Origin: a virus
Taxonomy: Duplodnaviria > Heunggongvirae > Uroviricota > Caudoviricetes
DNA length: 41,671 bases
IMG/VR virus record: IMGVR_UViG_3300037391_000121
Reading direction: 5' to 3' (one strand)
The notes below the pieces were generated by a model. It had not been told where the DNA came from. It ran no database searches and worked only from the letters and a program-made list of their open reading frames with translations. Both the position numbers and the translations under genes were made by a program. Positions 36,149 through 41,480 of this stretch are shown here, one piece after another. Positions within the stretch are counted from its first letter, which is position 1. Every line of letters starts with the position of its first letter.

Positions 36149-36420
36149 CAGGCGTTTGCGAACTCTGTGACCGTGAGCGAAACGATATCACGGATCACCA
36201 CCTGATCCCCCGCACACTTCACAGCAACAAGCGGGTCAAGGCGGCGTTCCCTAAGGAACTCCTGAAAAAGACCGCCCCGCTGTGCAAGCCGTGCCACAGG
36301 CAGATACACGAGTTCTTTACGGAGAAAGTGCTGGGCTGGCACTACAACACGATTGAGAAATTGAAAGCTCACCCCGAGGTTCAGAAGTGGATCGCGTGGG
36401 TCGGAAAGAAGACGTTCTGA
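36145..36420 (+). CDS. small HNH-family nuclease-like protein
   Basis: CELC..., DHHLIPR, LCKPCH.QIH. Confidence 0.8.
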   Translation: MTGVCELCDRERNDITDHHLIPRTLHSNKRVKAAFPKELLKKTAPLCKPCHRQIHEFFTEKVLGWHYNTIEKLKAHPEVQKWIAWVGKKTF

Positions 36421-36683
36421 TGCCGAGACTTAAAATAGGTACTGGATCATGGCCGTACAAACGGAGATGGCGGGACGGCCCTACTTGGGCTTGGCTTTGC
36501 CGAATACTCGGGCATCAAAAGGAATGGTATCACTGGTATGCCAGTGCTGGAGACCAGCTAGGTACGGCTATTGCGGAGGCGTTGGGTTGGGGGAATGGCC
36601 GAATAAAAGCATACTGGCATCTTCATGGAACTAACTCCGCGAACGGCTTCATCTGTGGCAGGTGCGGAAAGGCTGGCATTTAA
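36420..36683 (+). CDS. hypothetical protein
   Basis: TGATG coupling. Confidence 0.65.
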   Translation: MPRLKIGTGSWPYKRRWRDGPTWAWLCRILGHQKEWYHWYASAGDQLGTAIAEALGWGNGRIKAYWHLHGTNSANGFICGRCGKAGI

Positions 36684-36919
36684 TGGGAACCCTCAATATC
36701 AATTACCGCGATCTCGAAATCCAATTGCTGGTCAACGAAAGACTCAATCAGGCTGTCGAGAACGGCTATGACGAGAGCAAGGATGACCCGAAGCTGGTTG
36801 CTCAGAGCCTAGCGGATGAGGACTCGGACATTGAAAGATTGGTCTGGGATCACTTTGACGGCGACGAGACCATCCTCATCCCCTTCATTGAGGTTTGGCA
36901 GCGAAAGCGGTTGGCATGA
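36683..36919 (+). CDS. hypothetical protein
   Basis: TAATG coupling. Confidence 0.7.
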   Translation: MGTLNINYRDLEIQLLVNERLNQAVENGYDESKDDPKLVAQSLADEDSDIERLVWDHFDGDETILIPFIEVWQRKRLA

Positions 36920-37089
36920 AAAAAGAGGATTTGGTCAGGATCATCAACACCCTACACGCTCTCGTGGAGAAGGTACAAGACGAACGAGACACCTGCCTTA
37001 GCTGCGATCAGGACGAGTCAATGCACGCCGAAGACTGCGAAATGGAATGGCTAGAGGCTGACATCCAAGAAGCGCAGAGTGATGCCTAA
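36916..37089 (+). CDS. hypothetical protein
   Basis: ATGA coupling. Confidence 0.65.
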   Translation: MKKEDLVRIINTLHALVEKVQDERDTCLSCDQDESMHAEDCEMEWLEADIQEAQSDA

Positions 37090-37359
37090 ATGTACAGCGA
37101 TATGATCGGTCGCATTCGGGCTGACGTGCATTACATGCGGCAAGCCATGGATGAGATTCGTGGGGATGGCTTCGGTCGAGCGGGCTACCTCAAGAGTGAG
37201 TTCAAGAAAGCCATCCGCCGCCTAGAGTCCCTCCAAGCCATGCTGGAAGAAGGCCCGCTACCTGAAGCTGCCGAAGATGCCAACCCAAATTGCTGCGGAC
37301 ACGGTATTGAGAATGTGGCGGGTTGCGAGTGTCGTCTCATCGCGAAGGGGTTAAGATAA
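37090..37359 (+). CDS. hypothetical protein
   Basis: 89 aa. Confidence 0.65.
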   Translation: MYSDMIGRIRADVHYMRQAMDEIRGDGFGRAGYLKSEFKKAIRRLESLQAMLEEGPLPEAAEDANPNCCGHGIENVAGCECRLIAKGLR

Positions 37360-37592
37360 TGCAGACTGAAGCAACGTTCACCAGCGACCAACAGTACATC
37401 CATATCACGCAAACGAGGTTCCGCTACTGGCATTTCCCCGAGGGCTGGCGGGTATTGCCGAAGGACGCCGAAGATCGGACGCCAGATCAAGACGTGGTTC
37501 TCAACGATGAGAGATGCTTTAAGATTTTGGTCGATTACTTCAGTCAATGGAGATGGAAATCTGCGGGTGCTGGATACGACGGGAAAGCCTAA
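37359..37592 (+). CDS. hypothetical protein
   Basis: TAATG coupling. Confidence 0.65.
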   Translation: MQTEATFTSDQQYIHITQTRFRYWHFPEGWRVLPKDAEDRTPDQDVVLNDERCFKILVDYFSQWRWKSAGAGYDGKA

Positions 37593-37677
37593 GATCGCTA
37601 ACTAAGAAATCTTCTGGTATTTGATTTCTTTTTCATGTATGCTCCTTTGCAAGTGATCGGCAAAATAGGAAGTGTCT

Positions 37678-38226
37678 ATGACTCCCGGGCGTCGTTTGAA
37701 GTGGCTCAACTGTTCGATCTCTGCTTCTTTTCTTATCCCCGCATACATCCTTGCATCGTTTTTCCATCCGAGTGCTTCAACTTGGATCATTGGGCTGTTC
37801 GGCGGGTTGCTCTGGGCTAACTGGTTCGAATACGCCTATCATCGCTGGTTGGATCACACCCCCGGTCTCCGCTGGGAGAAACTCCACCGCGAGCACCACA
37901 AAGCTCCCCTCGATGAGACCCACGTCAATCTCGGCAGCACGCCCTTCGACACGTTCATGATGTTCGTCGTCAACTGCACGCCAGTCGTTTGCGCGGACAT
38001 CTGGTATCAGACGGGCTTCTCCGCTCCCGTGATAGTCGCTTTTGTCATCTATGTCCTCGTCATGGAAGAGGTTCACTGGCGGGTGCACATGGGCGGTTAC
38101 GTGCCTCAATGGATCAAGACCTACCACCTATCCCACCACGCCATGGGCGATACCCCCACTGGCGGGAAGACCAAATTCAACATTTTTGTTCCCCTCTTTG
38201 ATTGGGTTTTTGGTACAATGGGGTAA
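37678..38226 (+). CDS. fatty acid hydroxylase / sterol desaturase family membrane di-iron enzyme
   Basis: His boxes YHRWLDH, HREHH, HWRVH, HLSHH with four TM segments. Confidence 0.85.
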   Translation: MTPGRRLKWLNCSISASFLIPAYILASFFHPSASTWIIGLFGGLLWANWFEYAYHRWLDHTPGLRWEKLHREHHKAPLDETHVNLGSTPFDTFMMFVVNCTPVVCADIWYQTGFSAPVIVAFVIYVLVMEEVHWRVHMGGYVPQWIKTYHLSHHAMGDTPTGGKTKFNIFVPLFDWVFGTMG

Positions 38227-38696
38227 TGCGGCCTCTACCACCGTTCCACAATAAGGTTGTCATGGAATGCCACGCCAGTCACCCGCTCGGCTCGCGGATT
38301 GCTCGAATCGTGGAGGACATCGACTACCGCCAGCGACCCATCCAATGGATGATCGCCCTCTTCAAGTTCGGCTTCGATGAACCCAAGGACGATGGTCACC
38401 TGTCCACGTATGGTCTGCCGCGATTGCCTGAGGAATACGACTCCTGCCTTGTCCGCCTCCTCGTCAAGGTAGTAGACATCACGAACCCCAACCCCGAGGC
38501 CGACCCCATTACGCTGTTCCTACCAGTGATGACTATCCATCCGAACTTCACCGATGAACAGATCATCCACTTCATTTACACCATGATTCGGAACATGGAG
38601 CAGCACGAACTGGACGAGCATTTCTTCTTCCGAGGCGTCAAGGTTCGGGACCCGCACAAGAACGACTCCCCCGCCGCAGAAAATAAATTTCGCTAA
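38226..38696 (+). CDS. conserved phage hypothetical protein
   Basis: ATG 6 nt after TGGTACAAT; ends EQHELDEHFFFRGVKVRDPH. Confidence 0.75.
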   Translation: MRPLPPFHNKVVMECHASHPLGSRIARIVEDIDYRQRPIQWMIALFKFGFDEPKDDGHLSTYGLPRLPEEYDSCLVRLLVKVVDITNPNPEADPITLFLPVMTIHPNFTDEQIIHFIYTMIRNMEQHELDEHFFFRGVKVRDPHKNDSPAAENKFR

Positions 38697-38698
38697 TC

Positions 38699-38729
38699 CT
38701 ATCCTTTTTTCCGATTTCCATGGTAGTAT
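38699..38729 (+). promoter_or_regulatory. promoter of second tRNA-array leader
   Basis: CTATCC-N19-TAGTAT with extended TGG; near-identical to 23156-23186 region. Confidence 0.8.
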
Positions 38730-38748
38730 ATAGAAGCTGAGGAAAACA

Positions 38749-38871
38749 ATGACTCTGAAAAACGCCAATTCGACCGTAGCGACAGCCCATAAGGGCGTCG
38801 GCGGCAAGCGCCAGCGGAATAATCGCTGGTTCGGCGAGGGTCTGTCCTCGGTAGGAGTGGTCGGAATCTAA
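38749..38871 (+). CDS. attenuator leader peptide (40 aa, MTLKNANSTVATAHKGVGGKRQRNNRWFGEGLSSVGVVGI)
   Basis: TGAGGA SD; run AAG CGC CAG CGG AAT AAT CGC TGG at 38806-38829 matches downstream anticodons. Confidence 0.8.
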   Translation: MTLKNANSTVATAHKGVGGKRQRNNRWFGEGLSSVGVVGI

Positions 38872-38906
38872 GACAAAACTCCAAAACGAGATCATGACCC
38901 AACCGG
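38826..38906 (+). promoter_or_regulatory. antiterminator hairpin of leader 2
   Basis: GGAGT/ACTCC, CTCG/CGAG, GGGTC/GACCC, GGTT/AACC; sequesters the left arm of the terminator. Confidence 0.7.
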
Positions 38907-38926
38907 ACTTAGACGGTTGGGTTTTT
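38896..38926 (+). terminator. intrinsic terminator (attenuator) before tRNA array 2
   Basis: ACCCAACCG-gacttaga-CGGTTGGGT followed by TTTTGCATTTTT. Confidence 0.85.
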
Positions 38927-38947
38927 GCATTTTTAGTGGGTTTTTAC

Positions 38948-39023
38948 AGGGGCATGGTCTAGCGGCGATGATGCCGGTCTCCAAAACCGTGCGGCGGGGG
39001 TTCGAGTCCCTCTGCCCCTGCCA
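38948..39023 (+). tRNA. tRNA-Trp(CCA)
   Basis: AGGGGCA/TGCCCCT, loop CTCCAAA, T arm, CCA. Confidence 0.9.
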
Positions 39024-39061
39024 AATTTAAGTCGCATCGTGGGTGAACCGATGTGCAGAAT

Positions 39062-39140
39062 GTGGCGATGGCAACTCTTGGTACGTTGCACTGGTCTGTG
39101 AAACCAGTTATGGAGGGTTCAAATCCCTCTCGTCACCCCA
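39062..39140 (+). tRNA. tRNA-His(GTG) copy 1, no encoded G-1
   Basis: GTGGCGA/TCGTCAC, C73, loop CTGTGAA; base at -1 (39061) is T. Confidence 0.88.
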
Positions 39141-39153
39141 ATTAGGTAGATGT

Positions 39154-39230
39154 GGTGGTCGTCGTTTAGGGGCTAAGACCTCTGACTGTGAATCAGATGA
39201 TCGTGGGTTCGAATCCCACCGACCACCCCA
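39154..39230 (+). tRNA. tRNA-His(GTG) copy 2, with encoded G-1
   Basis: G-GTGGTCG/CGACCAC-C, loop CTGTGAA, CCA. Confidence 0.92.
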
Positions 39231-39291
39231 AGTTTTAAGGCGAGAGAGCAACGACAGAATGATTGAAGGAGGGGACAAGATATTGAACAGC

Positions 39292-39386
39292 GGGGATGGA
39301 AGCTCGCCCAGCGTGCAGCGGAGAACAGGGTTAGTCGCCCCCTCGGGGCAAGATTGGCCCGAAGTGCACATCGAGCTTCCATCTTC
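39292..39386 (+). ncRNA. candidate rod-shaped ncRNA
   Basis: 15-bp terminal stem, GTGCA/TGCAC, 9-bp stem and GCCCC/GGGGC apical hairpin separated by internal loops. Confidence 0.6.
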
Positions 39387-39399
39387 AAAGGGAGAATTT

Positions 39400-39478
39400 G
39401 CTCGTATAGCTCAGTTGGATTTAGAGCGCATCCCTCCGAAGGATGAGGCCGCAGGTTCGAGTCCTGCTACGAGCACCA
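39400..39478 (+). tRNA. tRNA-Arg(CCG)
   Basis: GCTCGTA/TACGAGC, CATCC-CTCCGAA-GGATG, CCA. Confidence 0.93.
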
Positions 39479-39600
39479 TATCAGCAGTAAGCGGCAGCCC
39501 GCTGGATCATGATTGCCCAGCTTGTGGTTCGCCGAAGGGTGTAAAGTGCAAGTCGGCCACAACGCATTATGACCGCGTGAAGCTGACGAGAATTGATTTT

Positions 39601-39678
39601 GCCTGTGTAGCTCAGTTGGACTAGAGCGTTCCGCTACGAACGGAAAGGTCGGGAGTTCGAATCTCTCCATGGGCACCA
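39601..39678 (+). tRNA. tRNA-Arg(ACG) canonical
   Basis: GCCTGTG/CATGGGC, TTCCG-CTACGAA-CGGAA, CCA. Confidence 0.93.
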
Positions 39679-39685
39679 TTTTAGA

Positions 39686-39751
39686 TTGAGCGAGTAACGT
39701 GGAAGGCAACACCAACCACAGGAGGTTTGGAGACCAAAGCGTCTCGCTCAA
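39686..39751 (+). ncRNA. candidate small multibranch RNA
   Basis: TTGAGCGAG/CTCGCTCAA closing stem with two internal hairpins. Confidence 0.45.
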
Positions 39752-39756
39752 AAAGT

Positions 39757-39857
39757 TTAGGAACGTTGAGGTCGGACTGTAGCTCAATGGTAGAGCACCC
39801 CGGACAGGGGTGATGCGGGTTCGACTCCCGCCAGCCCATACGCCGAAACGTTCTTAG
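39757..39857 (+). ncRNA. tRNA-like RNA with extended acceptor helix and no anticodon loop
   Basis: canonical D arm GCTC-AATGGTA-GAGC and T arm GCGGG-TTCGACT-CCCGC; CCCC-GGACA-GGGG in place of anticodon arm; 11-bp basal stem; no CCA. Confidence 0.6.
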
Positions 39858-39919
39858 GGCAGAGGATAGACAGCGACGGCTGGAACGACGTGAAATCCCT
39901 CAAGCCCTCCGGATATTTT

Positions 39920-39996
39920 GGTCCTATCGGCAACTGGATAGTCACCTGCGCTTCGAACGCGGATCAGTGTAGGTTCGAATCCTACTGGGATCACCA
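39920..39996 (+). tRNA. tRNA-Arg(TCG)
   Basis: GGTCCTA/TGGGATC, loop CTTCGAA, CCA. Confidence 0.88.
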
Positions 39997-40026
39997 GTTT
40001 TGTCAGGTTTTGTTGCAGAAAAACAT

Positions 40027-40113
40027 GCAGGTGTGTCGGCAAATGGACGCCACGGGCGCTACGAACGCCCAGCCCTTCGGGGAATGCAGGTTCGAGTCCT
40101 GTCACCTGTTCCA
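40027..40113 (+). tRNA. atypical tRNA with ACG anticodon (nominal Arg), long V arm
   Basis: GCAGGTG/CACCTGT, GGGCG-CTACGAA-CGCCC, V arm CCC-TTCG-GGG, U73, CCA. Confidence 0.8.
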
Positions 40114-40127
40114 ATTTGAGGGAACTT

Positions 40128-40394
40128 ATGAGTTTGATGGATTGGGCGCAGATTAAGCAGGACGCGCAGTTCGAGTCAGAGCACCCGCATACGCACGAAT
40201 GCGAGAACTGCCATAAACAGTATGAGCACGCGGTGGTTATCACCAGCAAGTATGGGACGCCATGCACTGAGATAAGGAACGGGCATGGGTTCTGTTCCCA
40301 ACTGTGCGAGGATGCGTACCCGAAGCGTGGTTCGACGGTTCACGCAGTGGGTTGTCCCTGCGGGTTCTGTAAGGCAGGTTTTACGAAAGCATAA
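40128..40394 (+). CDS. Cys/His-rich zinc-binding hypothetical protein inside tRNA array
   Basis: GAGGGA SD; CENCH, FCSQLC, CPCGFC. Confidence 0.7.
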   Translation: MSLMDWAQIKQDAQFESEHPHTHECENCHKQYEHAVVITSKYGTPCTEIRNGHGFCSQLCEDAYPKRGSTVHAVGCPCGFCKAGFTKA

Positions 40395-40398
40395 GTTT

Positions 40399-40484
40399 TG
40401 GGATGTAGAGCGTAATGGTAGCGTGCACGACTGTTAATCGTGTGGCGAAAGCCCTTGTAGGTTCGAGTCCTACCGTCCCAGCCA
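40399..40484 (+). tRNA. atypical tRNA with GTT anticodon (nominal Asn), long V arm
   Basis: TGGGATG/CGTCCCA, CACGA-CTGTTAA-TCGTG, V arm GGC-GAAA-GCC, G73, CCA. Confidence 0.8.
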
Positions 40485-40485
40485 G

Positions 40486-40560
40486 TTAGGAGTAGTTTAG
40501 GACAGGGAAAACCACTGCCCGCGTTAGGCGGTGACCTCGGTTCAAATCCGAGCCCCTAAG
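40486..40560 (+). ncRNA. tRNA-like RNA / pseudo-tRNA
   Basis: D and T arms present; 7-bp stem with non-canonical loop CGCGTTA; no CCA. Confidence 0.5.
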
Positions 40561-40575
40561 TTTAGAACAGAGTTT

Positions 40576-40651
40576 TGGGAGTTGGCGCAATTGGTAGCGC
40601 AGGGGATTCTGAATCCCAAGGTTGGAGGTTCGAGCCCTTCACTCCCAGCCA
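40576..40651 (+). tRNA. tRNA-Gln(CTG)
   Basis: TGGGAGT/ACTCCCA, loop TTCTGAA, G73, CCA. Confidence 0.92.
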
Positions 40652-40655
40652 AGAT

Positions 40656-40730
40656 TCACTCGTAGCTCAATGGCAGAGCGTTCGGCTGTTAACCGAAGGG
40701 TTGGGGGTTCGAGTCCCTCCGAGTGAGCCA
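40656..40730 (+). tRNA. tRNA-Asn(GTT) canonical
   Basis: TCACTCG/CGAGTGA, TTCGG-CTGTTAA-CCGAA, G73, CCA. Confidence 0.93.
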
Positions 40731-40731
40731 T

Positions 40732-40923
40732 TTAAGTCTCGACGTGAGGTTTGTCGGGCGGTGGAGGGTCACCATAGAAGCGGTGCTCCTCGTGAAGTGG
40801 GCAGGGGATGTCGGCGTCGAACAGGGATTCGACAGCGACTCGGTAAGTGCAGCCGCATTCGAGGACGGTAAAGAAGCATTCCTCGTCGCCCTCGCGGGCC
40901 GTGTAGGCTCCAGCTTGTTTCAT
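40732..40923 (-). CDS. small Cys/His protein antisense within tRNA array (63 aa)
   Basis: MKQAGAYTAREGDEECFFTVLECGC...CPLH; fills the inter-tRNA gap exactly, C/G-rich third positions. Confidence 0.6.
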   Translation of the reverse strand: MKQAGAYTAREGDEECFFTVLECGCTYRVAVESLFDADIPCPLHEEHRFYGDPPPPDKPHVET

Positions 40924-40954
40924 TACTAATGAATACTGAATTCGATTGAACATT

Positions 40955-41030
40955 GGGTGGTTGGCAGAACCGGATATGCACTCGGCCCTTACCCGAGACG
41001 ACGGGGGTTCGATTCCCTCACCACTCACCA
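40955..41030 (+). tRNA. tRNA-Lys(CTT) variant with C33 and C38
   Basis: GGGTGGT/ACCACTC, CTCGG-CCCTTAC-CCGAG, A73, CCA. Confidence 0.75.
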
Positions 41031-41051
41031 ATTTTTGTGGTATTGTAAGGT

Positions 41052-41480
41052 ATGGGTCAGAAAGAGTGTCAGCGGCGTTGGTACTTGAAGCACAGAAGGA
41101 AACACGTAGCCAACGTCGGTATTCGCAAGGAAGCTCTGAGGCAAGAAAACACTGCCAAAGTGCTAGAGTACAAGAAGTTGCATCCTTGCATTGACTGCGG
41201 TGAAACAGACCCAGACATGTTGACGTTCGATCACGTTCGAGGCAAGAAACGTAAGAGTGTCTCGGAAATGCTTTCGGGCGGCTGTACTTGGGAGTTGATC
41301 GAAGCGGAGATCGCGAAGTGCGAGGTTCGTTGCTGGAACCACCACATGAAACGCACAGCGGTTGAGCGGCGAAAAAAGTTTGGATCGGTAGCTCAATTGG
41401 CAGAGCAGGTGACTCTTAATCATCAGGTTGTCGGTTCGATTCCGACCCGGTTCACCAAGTTCGGGTTAGCTCAAGCTTAG
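41052..41480 (+). CDS. HNH endonuclease
   Basis: CIDCG, LTFDH, IAKCEVRCWNHH; 3' end overlaps tRNA-Lys. Confidence 0.85.
   Translation: MGQKECQRRWYLKHRRKHVANVGIRKEALRQENTAKVLEYKKLHPCIDCGETDPDMLTFDHVRGKKRKSVSEMLSGGCTWELIEAEIAKCEVRCWNHHMKRTAVERRKKFGSVAQLAEQVTLNHQVVGSIPTRFTKFGLAQA
41382..41457 (+). tRNA. tRNA-Lys(CTT) canonical
   Basis: GGATCGG/CCGGTTC, GGTGA-CTCTTAA-TCATC, A73, CCA. Confidence 0.92.

Noticed and set aside
39043-39624. 193-aa ORF and similar ORFs at 23183-23848 and 39854-40267
   Set aside because: They run through tRNA genes and have no coding signature; spurious
39854-39910. Pistol or hammerhead ribozyme (TTAGGGC ... AAGCCCT, GAAA)
   Set aside because: No P1 stem around TTAGGG and no CUGANGA core
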